Below are positions 1-8,668 of a stretch of 12,499 nt of DNA, in pieces. The position numbers and the translations under genes are program-made. Each line of letters begins with the position of its first letter. Position 1 is the first letter of the stretch. This stretch comes from a virus: the UHGV virus genome UHGV-0112872, one strand, 5' to 3'. The notes below the pieces were generated by a model, which did not search any database, was not told the origin of the DNA, and worked only from the letters and a program-made list of their open reading frames with translations.

Positions 1-51
1 GGATGGTTGAGAGGGTTGCAGGGTAGTAGATAAGTTTTAGATAACAAAAAA

Positions 52-69
52 CCCATTTATGTAAATGGG
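52..69. terminator. Hairpin, possible bidirectional terminator in flanking DNA
   Basis: Inverted repeat cccattt (52-58) / aaatggg (63-69) with 4-nt loop, A-run upstream and T-rich downstream. Function not established. Confidence 0.25.
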
Positions 70-176
70 TTAATGAAAACAATAAGTTAGAGTAAAAACA
101 ATAAGTTGGGTTGGTGGTCAGTGGTGGTTATTACGGGGTAATGCCAACCGCTGCCGCCACTTTGTCGCCACTTGTT

Positions 177-446
177 TTACCTTAGACGCCAGGGGCCTCT
201 ATCTTCAATCTGTTCGACTAACCCCTCCTCTTCTAGTTCACGCAATAGTGCAACAACCCAATATTGTTGGTTCGAACTTGTTGCTTTCCGTTTTTCTCCC
301 CAATCGAGGCCGCTTAGACGAAATACCTCAGCTTGCTTAACGCCGTTGCCGTTTTTTTGGGCATCTGGGTGAGTTTTAAGTACGGATAAAGCCAATTCTT
401 TGGCTCTGTTGCGCAATTCCGCTCCCTGATGCTGAAACTTATTCAT
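177..446 (-). CDS. Hypothetical small protein (89 aa), flanking or host-side gene
   Basis: ORF with GGAG about 9 nt upstream of the ATG on the minus strand; protein-like composition with a helical acidic segment (VVALLRELEEEGLVEQIE) reminiscent of winged-helix proteins. Lies beyond the 3' end of the integrase, so probably outside the prophage. Family not recognised. Confidence 0.45.
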   Translation of the reverse strand: MNKFQHQGAELRNRAKELALSVLKTHPDAQKNGNGVKQAEVFRLSGLDWGEKRKATSSNQQYWVVALLRELEEEGLVEQIEDRGPWRLR

Positions 447-504
447 TGATAGTGCTCCATGTGAAAAAAAAGAATATTAGCTCAACAGGGCAAAATACGC
501 ATTT

Positions 505-1536
505 TCAAAAACTTGCTATTGATGTTGGTAGTGTTGCCAGCGGATTAAACCGTAATGCAGTTTCCAGGTGATCCGGTGCCAGATGTGCGTAACGCATAGT
601 CATTTTTATATCGTGGTGTCCGAGAATTTTTTGTAAGGCCAGAATGTTTCCACCCGACATCATGAAGTGCGCCGCAAACGTATGGCGCAGAACGTGTGTC
701 AGTTGACCGCGAGGGAGCACGATAGACGTTTTTTCCATCACGGATAAAAATTGAAAATAGCAGTCTGTAAAGAAATTGAACCCATCAAGCGCCATGATCT
801 CTTCGTAAAGCTCTTTACTGATAGGGATGCTTCTGTTTTTCTTCCCCTTCGTTCTTACAAAGGTAATTCGGTATTTGGTCACCTGTGAGCGGGTAAGATT
901 TACGGCTTCACGCCAACGTGCGCCTGTGCTTAAGCATATCTTAACTACCAGTGCCAGAATTGGGTCCTGACGTTTGCAATCAGCCAGCAATTCAACAATC
1001 TGCTCATGGGTAAGCCATGCCATCTCTTTTTCTGCGATGGTGAATTTTCGCATGTTCTCCAGTGGGTTCGGATACGACCATTCGCCCAGGCGGGATAGTT
1101 CGCTAAAAACACTACTTAGATAGCTTTGCTCCAGGTTAATGGTGACCGGGCTTGCTCCTTTCTTCCATTTCTCGCTGAAGTAGATCTCACCTGTCAGGCG
1201 TTTATCTCGATAGTGGGCAAACATTTTAGATGTGAGATCAGTTGCAAGGGGATTGCCCAGAGCGTCAACCATCAGCAGCAATTTGTCATAGACATGCTGC
1301 CCAGCTGTCAGAGATTTACCATGTAGTTTGAACCATAGCTCAACCACGTCTTTCAGTGTTCGACGATCCACTGATTCACCCAGCCAGGGCTTTGCTTCGG
1401 TTTCTTCCATCGTGTGGCGCTCAAAAGCCAGTGCTTCGCCTTTGGTGACGAATTGTTTACGCACACGACGCCCACTACGTCCGGCGGGGTAACATTCGCA
1501 AAGCCATTTTCCTGTGGTGAGTTTTCGTACAGCCAT
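505..1536 (-). CDS. int: Tyrosine integrase, P2/186 family
   Basis: Six-frame ORF 505..1692; start assigned to the internal ATG at 1536, preceded by GGAGGG (product begins MAVRKLTTGKW). Tyrosine-recombinase signature segments present: ICLSTGARWREA (Arg), HVLRHTFAAHFM (H-x-x-R), GHHDIKMTMRYAHL (catalytic Tyr region). Overall pattern matches my recollection of the P2 Int C-terminal domain. Confidence 0.9.
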   Translation of the reverse strand: MAVRKLTTGKWLCECYPAGRSGRRVRKQFVTKGEALAFERHTMEETEAKPWLGESVDRRTLKDVVELWFKLHGKSLTAGQHVYDKLLLMVDALGNPLATDLTSKMFAHYRDKRLTGEIYFSEKWKKGASPVTINLEQSYLSSVFSELSRLGEWSYPNPLENMRKFTIAEKEMAWLTHEQIVELLADCKRQDPILALVVKICLSTGARWREAVNLTRSQVTKYRITFVRTKGKKNRSIPISKELYEEIMALDGFNFFTDCYFQFLSVMEKTSIVLPRGQLTHVLRHTFAAHFMMSGGNILALQKILGHHDIKMTMRYAHLAPDHLETALRFNPLATLPTSIASF

Positions 1537-1724
1537 AAAAAATGCCCTCCAATAGAGAGCATTTTTACTGTATGTATAACCAGTGTCAATGTATGAAATC
1601 CTGCGACCATACATCTCACTGAAGCCATAATGAAGTAGGCTATTCTTTTTGCTATGTGAGCATGTAACTTTTGCGGTTAACCTGTGGCTCATTTTTATTT
1701 TAGGCGCAGATATAAAAGCAAAAG

Positions 1725-1916
1725 TTATCGTGAGTTTTTAGTACAGATTTTTTTGGATTTACTAATAGTTCCATCATTGCAAACGAATTTGCCATCAGAG
1801 GTACAGTGAGAAACACCTCCCTTTTTCCCTGAGCAGGGATAATTTCTAGCATAGGTAGCTAGTGGGTTTAATAACAAAGAACATGACAAAACCACAAAAA
1901 ATACCTTACCAAGCAT
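1725..1916 (-). CDS. Small (63 aa) predicted secreted cysteine-containing protein, moron-like insert between int and cI
   Basis: Strong RBS (GGGAGG about 7 nt upstream of ATG on minus strand). N-terminal hydrophobic signal-like segment [23 protein letters not shown] followed by a polar, Lys-rich region with four further cysteines. Embedded in a conspicuously AT-rich stretch (1693-1931). Confidence 0.5.
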   Translation of the reverse strand: MLGKVFFVVLSCSLLLNPLATYARNYPCSGKKGGVSHCTSDGKFVCNDGTISKSKKICTKNSR

Positions 1917-1931
1917 AGTTTCCTCCCGGTA

Positions 1932-2501
1932 CTATTTAACATACTTGACTGTTAAACTTATAATTTTACCAATTATTTCAATGTCTTCTATCTTGCATTC
2001 GAAGGCTCTGTTTCCACCCTCGACGAAGATTCTTCCACCGGGTAAACGAGTAATGTCACGGATCGTTATTTCGCCATCAATACTTATTACCCATTTACCA
2101 TCACGTATATCATCAAATTCCTTATCACAAATAAATTCAGAATTATTATCTGTGATTACAAAAAGATTCTTGAATGCCGACGGTAGAAATTCTCTATCGA
2201 AAATATAAAAACCGTCTTCACACAAGGCCCCATCAGATAATACATATTTAGCAACTTCCATAGTATTTGTATTACCTGAAGTTTGCTTTGAACCATGCCC
2301 GGTTGTGAGCCAATTAAGCGAGGTGCCTGTTTCAAGGGCGCACTGGATTACCCATTCTGCTGGGAATGAGTCACGCATGTAGCGTGTGGCGAGTGTACTT
2401 TTAGAGATTCCTAAATGATCGCACAACGCCTGTCGAGTCTTGAATCCATAAGCTTCTACCATGCGCTCTATAGCGCCTCGTCCGCCTTTCTCCAAATTCA
2501 T
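1932..2501 (-). CDS. cI: CI-like immunity repressor (186-type), HTH DNA-binding protein
   Basis: About 189 aa from ATG at 2501 (GGAG 7 nt upstream; an alternative in-frame GTG lies at 2507). Helix-turn-helix-like segment TRQALCDHLGISKSTLATRYM near the N-terminus. Leftward orientation upstream of int and divergent from the Apl/CII operon matches 186 architecture. Confidence 0.75.
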   Translation of the reverse strand: MNLEKGGRGAIERMVEAYGFKTRQALCDHLGISKSTLATRYMRDSFPAEWVIQCALETGTSLNWLTTGHGSKQTSGNTNTMEVAKYVLSDGALCEDGFYIFDREFLPSAFKNLFVITDNNSEFICDKEFDDIRDGKWVISIDGEITIRDITRLPGGRIFVEGGNRAFECKIEDIEIIGKIISLTVKYVK

Positions 2502-2507
2502 GGTCAC

Positions 2508-2626
2508 TCCAAGTGAACTTTTATCTTGACGATTTCACTGTGCGATCGTATGTTTATGGTGTTCACAAAATACAAACGATCCGTATTCGTCCTGATTAAT
2601 CATCATTAAACGAGGAATGTTGCATC
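2508..2626. promoter_or_regulatory. Lysis-lysogeny switch region with candidate rightward early promoter (pR-like)
   Basis: Candidate sigma70 promoter reading rightward: -35 TTGACG (2526-2531), 17-nt spacer, -10 TATGTT (2549-2554). Hexamer repeats GTGAAC (2513-2518), TTCAC (2534-2538), GTTCAC (2561-2566) flank and overlap it, consistent with operator half-sites. Confidence 0.5.
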
Positions 2627-2848
2627 ATGAGACCTAACATTTCAATCACTCTTACCACGCCTCATGTGACTATTGAACGCTATAGCGAGCTGACAGGGCT
2701 ATCCATCGATACCATCAATGACATGTTGGCTGATGGACGCCTTATCCGTCACCGTCTGCGCAAAGATAAAAAACGCGAAAAAGTGATGATCAACATAGCA
2801 GCAATGACCGTTGATGCGCTTTCAGAATGCAATCTAAACCTTAATTAG
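2627..2848 (+). CDS. Apl/Cox-like small DNA-binding protein (excisionase / early regulator)
   Basis: 73-aa ORF, first gene after the switch, GAGGA upstream; HTH-like segment [26 protein letters not shown]. Assignment rests on position and size. Confidence 0.55.
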   Translation: MRPNISITLTTPHVTIERYSELTGLSIDTINDMLADGRLIRHRLRKDKKREKVMINIAAMTVDALSECNLNLN

Positions 2849-2880
2849 TTCGATTCTGAGATACATCAGAGGCATTGACC

Positions 2881-3390
2881 ATGTTTGATTACCAAGTTTC
2901 CAAACATCCACATTTTGATGAAGCCTGTCGTGCATTCGCATTGCGCCACAACCTGGTGCAACTGGCAGAACGTGCTGGCATGAATGTGCAGATTCTGCGG
3001 AACAAGCTGAACCCAGCTCAACCTCATTTATTAACCGCACCAGAAATCTGGCTGCTTACCGATCTGACTGAAGATTCAACGCTGGTAGATGGTTTTCTGG
3101 CACAGATTCATTGTCTGCCATGTGTACCGATTAATGAGGTGGCAAAAGAGAAACTGCCACATTACGTCATGAGTGCAACCGCAGAGATCGGGCGTGTTGC
3201 TGCAGGTGCGGTATCTGGCGATGTAAAAACCAGTGCAGGCCGTCGTGATGCGATCAGCAGCATTAACTCTGTTACACGACTGATGGCGTTGGCTGCTGTT
3301 TCATTGCAGGCCCGTTTACAGGCTAATCCTGCGATGGCGAGTGCAGTTGATACCGTGACTGGCCTCGGTGCTTCATTCGGTTTGCTGTGA
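2881..3390 (+). CDS. cII: CII-like transcriptional activator (phage 186 CII family)
   Basis: 169 aa from ATG 2881 (AGAGG upstream; the ORF track begins at an in-frame TTG at 2875). Sequence [24 protein letters not shown]...[32 protein letters not shown] closely matches what I recall of 186 CII; length agrees. Confidence 0.8.
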   Translation: MFDYQVSKHPHFDEACRAFALRHNLVQLAERAGMNVQILRNKLNPAQPHLLTAPEIWLLTDLTEDSTLVDGFLAQIHCLPCVPINEVAKEKLPHYVMSATAEIGRVAAGAVSGDVKTSAGRRDAISSINSVTRLMALAAVSLQARLQANPAMASAVDTVTGLGASFGLL

Positions 3391-3397
3391 GGTGCTT

Positions 3398-3694
3398 ATG
3401 CTGACGAAAGAACCATCATTTGCATCGCTGCTGGTAAAACAAAGCCCGGCAATGCACTACGGTCACGGCTGGATCATGGGTGAGGATGGTAAACGCTGGC
3501 ATCCATGTCATTCACAAGATGAATTGCTGTCTGAATTGACCACGAGGAAACGGAGAAAGTCAAAATGTATGCAGCGGAAAGTGAAGTGGTTTATCAGTTT
3601 CGTTACAGAGGGGAGAGTTATTCAGTACCTGAAGATGATTTGCTCTGTTGTTATCCGTCGTTGTCGGGCGATGGCAGTTACTTTTTCACGCTAA
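3398..3694 (+). CDS. Hypothetical small early protein; 3' extent uncertain
   Basis: ATG 3398 preceded by GAGGTG. The first ~55 codons look protein-like; the remainder overlaps the next ORF in another frame and reads as Arg/Cys-rich low-quality sequence. Confidence 0.35.
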   Translation: MLTKEPSFASLLVKQSPAMHYGHGWIMGEDGKRWHPCHSQDELLSELTTRKRRKSKCMQRKVKWFISFVTEGRVIQYLKMICSVVIRRCRAMAVTFSR

Positions 3695-3789
3695 GGGATG
3701 GGACGTTTTTACGGGGAGAGCAGGTTAAAGAAACGATACGAAAAAATGTATCTCCTCTTGAACGTTACCGTAAGAACAAAGAACGATAG
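3565..3789 (+). CDS. Hypothetical small early protein (74 aa)
   Basis: Strong RBS GGAGAAAG about 6 nt upstream of ATG 3565; balanced composition (MYAAESEVVYQFRYRGESYSVPEDD...). Confidence 0.55.
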   Translation: MYAAESEVVYQFRYRGESYSVPEDDLLCCYPSLSGDGSYFFTLRDGTFLRGEQVKETIRKNVSPLERYRKNKER

Positions 3790-3811
3790 TTGCGTTTTGG
3801 GGATATGAATT

Positions 3812-4153
3812 ATGGCAATTAATGGCGCTGCGGCGACTGTTCCATTAAGCCCCGGTGAACGCCTGAATGGACTTAATCACATTGCGGAGTTAAGGGCGAA
3901 AGTATTTGGCCTGAATATTGAGTCAGAGCTTGAGCGGTTTATTAAAGATATGCGTGATCCACGGGATATCAATAACGAACAAAATAAACGAGCACTGGCT
4001 GCCATATTCTTTATGGCAAAAATTCCAGCTGAACGTCATAGCATCAGCATTAATGAGCTGACCACTGACGAAAAGCGGGAGCTGATTAAAGCAATGAATC
4101 ATTTTCGTGCAGTGGTGAGCTTATTTCCCAGACGGCTAACCATGCCGAATTAA
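3812..4153 (+). CDS. Hypothetical early protein (113 aa)
   Basis: ORF with GGGGA upstream of the ATG; same orientation and tight packing within the early operon. No motif recognised. Confidence 0.55.
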   Translation: MAINGAAATVPLSPGERLNGLNHIAELRAKVFGLNIESELERFIKDMRDPRDINNEQNKRALAAIFFMAKIPAERHSISINELTTDEKRELIKAMNHFRAVVSLFPRRLTMPN

Positions 4154-4220
4154 CCAATAAATAAAATTCATGGCGTAAACCCGCCGGGCATCCCTTTATC
4201 TAAATTCAGGAGAATTGATT

Positions 4221-4454
4221 ATGCGTAATATTGAAACCCTCACGACTAAAACCGGACCGGATGATGCAGGTCTTAATCTTTTACTGACAGAGGCCCGACT
4301 TGAAGAACGTCGGGCAAGGGCTGAGGCAATGGCTGCCCGCCTTGATAGCCTGGCGTGTCATATCACATCCCGCCAGCTAAACCACGTCGAAGCAGCAGAA
4401 CTGCTGCGTGTGACCGCTGAAGCAATCCAGAACGAAGCGCAGGAGATCCACTAA
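4221..4454 (+). CDS. Hypothetical early protein (77 aa), helical and Ala/Arg/Glu-rich
   Basis: AGGAGA 7 nt upstream of ATG 4221; its TAA stop overlaps the next start (TAATG). Confidence 0.55.
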   Translation: MRNIETLTTKTGPDDAGLNLLLTEARLEERRARAEAMAARLDSLACHITSRQLNHVEAAELLRVTAEAIQNEAQEIH

Positions 4455-4681
4455 TGGCTGATGCAATGGATCTCGTACAGCAGCGCGTTGAAGAAGAACG
4501 CCAGCGCCATATCCGTGCTGCCCGTGCCAAAACACCGGGCGTGTCTCGCGTGCTTTGCATTGAATGTGAAGCACCAATTCCGCCAGCACGCCGCCGTGCC
4601 ATTCCTGGAGTGCAGCTTTGCATTACCTGTCAGGAAATCGCAGAGCTGAAAGGCAAACATTACAACGGAGGTGCTGTATGA
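4454..4681 (+). CDS. TraR/DksA-family C4 zinc-finger protein
   Basis: 75 aa with paired CxxC motifs (CIECEAPIPPARRRAIPGVQLCITCQ), typical of DksA/TraR-type zinc fingers found in P2-like early regions; AGGAGA upstream. Confidence 0.8.
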   Translation: MADAMDLVQQRVEEERQRHIRAARAKTPGVSRVLCIECEAPIPPARRRAIPGVQLCITCQEIAELKGKHYNGGAV

Positions 4682-5535
4682 GCACCATCCTGAAATGGGC
4701 GGGAAATAAAACCGCAATTATGTCCGAACTGAAAAAATACCTACCTGCTGGCCCGCGACTGGTTGAACCTTTCGCGGGTTCCTGTGCTGTGATGATGGAG
4801 ACGGATTACCCCAGCTATCTGGTTGCGGATATTAATCCTGATTTAATCAACCTCTATAAAAAGATTGCCGCTGATTGCGAGGCGTTTATATCGCGGACCA
4901 GAACTTTGTTTGAGGAAGCAAACAGTGACCTAGCTTATTACAACATAAGGCAGGAGTTTAATTACTCAACTGAAATTACTGATTTCATGAAAGCGGTATA
5001 TTTCCTGTATCTCAATCGTCACGGTTACCGTGGTTTATGTCGCTATAACAAGAGCGGGCATTTCAACATCCCCTACGGTAATTATAAAAATCCGTATTTC
5101 CCTGAAAAAGAAATTCACGCATTTGCAGAAAAGGCCCAGCGAGCAACGTTTATCTGCGCCAGCTTTGATGAAACGCTGGCGATGTTGAAGGCGGGGGATG
5201 TGGTGTATTGCGATCCGCCGTATGACGGCACGTTTTCCGGTTATCACACTGACGGCTTCACTGAAGATGACCAGTATCACCTGGCATCCGTTCTTGAACA
5301 TCGGTCATCAGAAGGACATCCAGTCATTGTTTCTAACAGTGACACATCCCTGATCCGTTCGCTGTATCGCAATTTCACTCACCACTACATCAAGGCAAAA
5401 CGCAGCATCGGCGTGTCAGCTGGCGAGAGTAAATCTGCAACAGAAATCATTGCTGTTTCCGGGTCGCGCTGCTGGATGGGATTTGATCCTTCGCGTGGCG
5501 TGGATAGTTCTGCCGTGTACGGAGTACGTGCATGA
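4678..5535 (+). CDS. dam: Dam-like DNA N6-adenine methyltransferase
   Basis: 285 aa; ATG 4678 overlaps the upstream stop (ATGA). AdoMet-binding motif I ([11 protein letters not shown]) near the N-terminus and catalytic DPPY ([10 protein letters not shown]) downstream, the Dam-type arrangement; N-terminal KWAGNK is Dam-like. Confidence 0.85.
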   Translation: MSTILKWAGNKTAIMSELKKYLPAGPRLVEPFAGSCAVMMETDYPSYLVADINPDLINLYKKIAADCEAFISRTRTLFEEANSDLAYYNIRQEFNYSTEITDFMKAVYFLYLNRHGYRGLCRYNKSGHFNIPYGNYKNPYFPEKEIHAFAEKAQRATFICASFDETLAMLKAGDVVYCDPPYDGTFSGYHTDGFTEDDQYHLASVLEHRSSEGHPVIVSNSDTSLIRSLYRNFTHHYIKAKRSIGVSAGESKSATEIIAVSGSRCWMGFDPSRGVDSSAVYGVRA

Positions 5536-7946
5536 GTCATGCCGATATGAACAACTGCTGCGGCTTTAACGAGGCTGCCGCAGCATTTTCATGGAACGGC
5601 CCGAAAAAGGCCATTAACCCTTATCTGGATCCGGCGGAAGTTGCGCCGGAGTCTGCACTTTCAAACCTGATCACTCTGTACGCTGCCGATAACGAGCAGG
5701 AACAACTGCGCCGCGAGGCACTGAGTGAGCAGGTCTGGGAGCGTTATTTCTTTAATGAATCCCGTGATCCTGTCCAGCGCGAAATGGAGCAGGATAAGCT
5801 CATTAGCCGGGCAAAGCTGGCGCATGAGCAGCAGCGTTTTAACCCGGACATGGTCATTCTGGCAGATGTCAGCGCCCAGCCTTCTCATATCAGCAAGCCG
5901 CTGATGCAACGTATCGAATACTTCAGCAGCCTGGGCAGGCCAAAGGCTTATTCCCGCTATTTGCGTGAGACGATTAAGCCATGTCTGGAGCGACTGGATT
6001 GTGTACGTGACAGTCAGCTATCTGTTTCTTTCCGTTTTATGGCAAGCCATCAAGGGCTGGAGGGGCTGCTGATCCTGCCTGAAATGAGCCAGGATCAGGT
6101 GAAACGCCTGTCCACCCTGGTAGCAGCGCATATGAGCATGTGTCTTGAGGCCGCTTGTGGTGATTTGTACGCCACCGATGACGTTAAGCCAGAAGAAATC
6201 CGCAAGACATGGGAAAAGGTGGCAGCGGAAACCCTGCGTCTGGATGTTATCCCGCCTGCGTTTGAGAAACTTCGTCGGAAAAGAAACCGCCGCAAACCTG
6301 TGCCCTATGAACTCATACCGGGTTCGCTGGCACGTATGCTTTGCGCCGACTGGTGGTATCGAAAATTGTGGAAGATGCGTTGCGAATGGCGGGAAGAGCA
6401 GTTGCGTGCTGTCTGTCTGGTCAGCAAAAAAGCATCTCCCTATGTCAGCTATGAAGCAGTGACGCATAAACGTGAGCAGCGCCGCAAGTCGCTGGAGTTT
6501 TTCCGTTCTCATGAACTGGTGAACGAAGACGGAGACACGCTGGATATGGAAGATGTGGTAAACGCCAGCAGCAGCAACCCGGCACATCGCCGCAATGAGA
6601 TGATGGCCTGCGTTAAAGGTCTGGAGCTTATCGCGGAAATGCGCGGTGACTGCGCCGTTTTCTACACCATCACCTGTCCGTCACGTTTCCATTCCACGCT
6701 CAATAACGGCAGACCAAACCCGACCTGGACAAATGCGACGGTAAGACAAAGCAGTGATTATCTGGTCGGCATGTTTGCTGCATTTCGTAAGGCGATGCAC
6801 AAAGCCGGATTGCGGTGGTATGGCGTGCGGGTGGCTGAGCCGCATCATGACGGTACTGTGCACTGGCATCTCATGTGCTTCATGCGTAAAAAAGACCGCC
6901 GCGCCATCACTGCATTACTGCGTAAGTTTGCCATCCGTGAAGACCGCGAGGAACTGGGCAATAACACGGGGCCACGCTTTAAGTCTGAGCTGATTAACCC
7001 GCGCAAAGGAACGCCGACAAGCTACATCGCGAAATACATCAGTAAGAACATTGACGGGCGTGGTCTGGCTGGCGAGATCAGCAAGGAAACGGGTAAATCC
7101 CTGCGTGATAACGCTGAATACGTTAATGCCTGGGCGTCTCTGCATCGTGTTCAGCAATTCCGCTTCTTTGGCATTCCGGGGCGTCAGGCTTACCGTGAAC
7201 TGCGATTGCTGGCTGGTCAGGCGGCAAGGCAGCAGGGTGACAAAAAAGCAGGTGCGCCGGTACTGGATGATCCGCGTCTTGATGCCATTCTGGCTGCTGC
7301 TGATGCTGGCTGTTTTGCCACCTACATTATGAAGCAGGGCGGCGTGTTGGTTCCCCGCAAATATCACTTGATCAGAACCGCTTATGAAATCAACGAAGAG
7401 CCGACCGCCTATGGTGATCACGGTATTCGTATTTATGGCATCTGGTCACCCATTGCAGAGGGCAAGATCTGCACTCATGCAGTGAAGTGGAAAATGGTTC
7501 GTAAGGCCGTTGACGTTCAGGAGGCGGCAGCCGACCAGGGCGCTTGCGCCCCTTGGACTCGTGGCAATAACTGTCCCCTTGCTGAAAATTTGAACCAACA
7601 AGGGAAAGACAAATCAGCTGATGGGGATACCAGGACGGACATTACCCGCATGGATGACAAGGAGTTGCACGATTACCTGCACAGTATGAGCAAAAAAGAG
7701 CGCCGGGAACTGGCTGCAAGGTTACGCCTGGTGAAACCGAAACGGCGTAAAGACTACAAACAGCGAATTACAGACCATCAGCGACAGCAGCTCGTCTATG
7801 AACTGAAGTCCAGAGGATTTGATGGCAGCGAGAAAGAGGTCGATTTACTCCTTCGCGGCGGCAGTATTCCGTCAGGAGCAGGCCTGCGTATCTTCTATCG
7901 GAACCAGCGTTTGCAGGAAGATGATAAGTGGCGAAACCTGTATTAA
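5532..7946 (+). CDS. A: Replication initiation endonuclease, gene A type (rolling-circle / HUH)
   Basis: 804-aa ORF, ATG 5532 overlapping the dam stop (ATGA) with GGAG upstream. HUH-type metal-binding motif (HWHLMCF) and downstream paired tyrosines (YIAKYISK), as in P2 gpA-family proteins. Confidence 0.9.
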   Translation: MSHADMNNCCGFNEAAAAFSWNGPKKAINPYLDPAEVAPESALSNLITLYAADNEQEQLRREALSEQVWERYFFNESRDPVQREMEQDKLISRAKLAHEQQRFNPDMVILADVSAQPSHISKPLMQRIEYFSSLGRPKAYSRYLRETIKPCLERLDCVRDSQLSVSFRFMASHQGLEGLLILPEMSQDQVKRLSTLVAAHMSMCLEAACGDLYATDDVKPEEIRKTWEKVAAETLRLDVIPPAFEKLRRKRNRRKPVPYELIPGSLARMLCADWWYRKLWKMRCEWREEQLRAVCLVSKKASPYVSYEAVTHKREQRRKSLEFFRSHELVNEDGDTLDMEDVVNASSSNPAHRRNEMMACVKGLELIAEMRGDCAVFYTITCPSRFHSTLNNGRPNPTWTNATVRQSSDYLVGMFAAFRKAMHKAGLRWYGVRVAEPHHDGTVHWHLMCFMRKKDRRAITALLRKFAIREDREELGNNTGPRFKSELINPRKGTPTSYIAKYISKNIDGRGLAGEISKETGKSLRDNAEYVNAWASLHRVQQFRFFGIPGRQAYRELRLLAGQAARQQGDKKAGAPVLDDPRLDAILAAADAGCFATYIMKQGGVLVPRKYHLIRTAYEINEEPTAYGDHGIRIYGIWSPIAEGKICTHAVKWKMVRKAVDVQEAAADQGACAPWTRGNNCPLAENLNQQGKDKSADGDTRTDITRMDDKELHDYLHSMSKKERRELAARLRLVKPKRRKDYKQRITDHQRQQLVYELKSRGFDGSEKEVDLLLRGGSIPSGAGLRIFYRNQRLQEDDKWRNLY

Positions 7947-8014
7947 TTACGCGGGTTAACAATTCGTGCTCTTAATAATACCAGGCATATCAGGCTGATG
8001 AACGTAAAAAAACG

Positions 8015-8058
8015 TTTTACATCAGTAAGATTATTATATACTGTAAATATAAACAGTG
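8015..8058 (+). promoter_or_regulatory. SOS-regulated promoter with LexA box
   Basis: Near-consensus LexA operator TACTGTAAATATAAACAGTG (8039-8058; CTGT-N8-ACAG). It overlaps a candidate -10 TATACT (8037-8042); -35-like TTTACA at 8016-8021. Immediately upstream of the Tum-position gene, as in the 186 SOS operon. Confidence 0.7.
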
Positions 8059-8099
8059 GTTATGCATACAGTATTGCTTGTGGTGTCATAGGAGGAAAG

Positions 8100-8288
8100 A
8101 TGCAGGACTATTTTTTGGAGTCTTTGAAGCTCCAGCGCATTGATTTTTTTCTTAAGCTTGTAGCGGCTAGTGAGTGTAGTGATGAAGAGAAGGGGCTGGC
8201 CCTGCAATGGGTTTCTGAACTAACAGATGAACTCATGGCAAAAATCAGAACCCACGAATACAACCGCTCAATGGATGTCATCAGCTGA
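8100..8288 (+). CDS. Small protein (62 aa) in LexA-controlled operon, occupying the position of the 186 Tum antirepressor
   Basis: ATG 8100 preceded by GGAGGA; first ORF downstream of the LexA box. Identity as a Tum-like antirepressor is positional inference only. Confidence 0.5.
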   Translation: MQDYFLESLKLQRIDFFLKLVAASECSDEEKGLALQWVSELTDELMAKIRTHEYNRSMDVIS

Positions 8289-8298
8289 GGTGACTTTT

Positions 8299-8532
8299 AT
8301 GCGCATTGAAATAATGATCGATAAAGAGCAGAAGATTAGCCAGTCTACCCTGGATGCCCTTGAATCCGAGCTTTACCGCAATCTGCGCCCCCTGTATCCC
8401 AAAACGGTAATTCGTATCCGCAAAGGTAGCTCTAACGGTGTGGAACTGACCGGACTGCAACTGGACGAAGAAAGAAAACAAGTGCTGAAAATTATGCAGA
8501 AGGTGTGGGAAGACGACTGCTGGCTGCATTGA
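8299..8532 (+). CDS. dinI: DinI-family protein
   Basis: 77 aa beginning MRIEIMIDK and ending WEDDCWLH. It aligns by eye with E. coli DinI (MRIEVTIAK ... ETWESADDWF): shared MRIE start, DAL..EL motif, central hydrophobic core, C-terminal acidic W-containing tail. GAGGTGA upstream. Confidence 0.8.
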   Translation: MRIEIMIDKEQKISQSTLDALESELYRNLRPLYPKTVIRIRKGSSNGVELTGLQLDEERKQVLKIMQKVWEDDCWLH

Positions 8533-8668
8533 TAGGTTTCGTTTGTAATGAGTCATGTTTTTTGAGTCCGATAGTAGACAGCTAGAGGGATAAATGATTA
8601 ATAGATAGATTAAACATAGTGATGGGCGTAAAATCGCGCGCATTTTATTGGCAACGGATCTGAACTCA

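Noticed and set aside
172-372. Plus-strand 66-aa ORF overlapping the 177-446 minus-strand gene
   Set aside because: Ser/Pro-rich low-complexity translation with no RBS; the minus-strand ORF has an RBS and protein-like composition.
1126-1628. ORFs inside the integrase gene (1126-1326 +, 1353-1628 -, 1414-1596 +)
   Set aside because: They lie in alternate frames or strands of a gene with unambiguous tyrosine-recombinase motifs. The N-terminal 52 codons of the long int ORF (1537-1692) were also dropped in favour of the RBS-associated ATG at 1536.
4363-4717. Minus-strand ORFs (4363-4623, 4377-4589, 4451-4717) and plus-strand 4461-4649 over the TraR-like gene
   Set aside because: Antisense or alternate frame of a gene with a clear C4 zinc-finger motif; Arg/Ala/Cys-rich junk composition.
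5661-7421. Minus-strand ORFs inside gene A (5661-5909, 6018-6587, 6095-6295, 6681-6869, 6915-7421) and plus-strand alternate-frame ORFs (6145-6462, 6754-6993, 7051-7332)
   Set aside because: All lie within the 804-aa replication protein, which has clear HUH and tyrosine motifs in its own frame. They lack RBS and have Arg/Cys/Ser-skewed composition typical of shadow ORFs.
7998-8099. N-terminal extension of the Tum-position ORF from ATG 7998
   Set aside because: This start would place the coding sequence across the LexA box and candidate promoter; ATG 8100 has a GGAGGA RBS and lies downstream of the operator.
8227-8298. N-terminal extension of the DinI-like ORF from ATG 8227
   Set aside because: It overlaps the upstream gene in another frame; ATG 8299 has an RBS and gives the DinI-like MRIE N-terminus.
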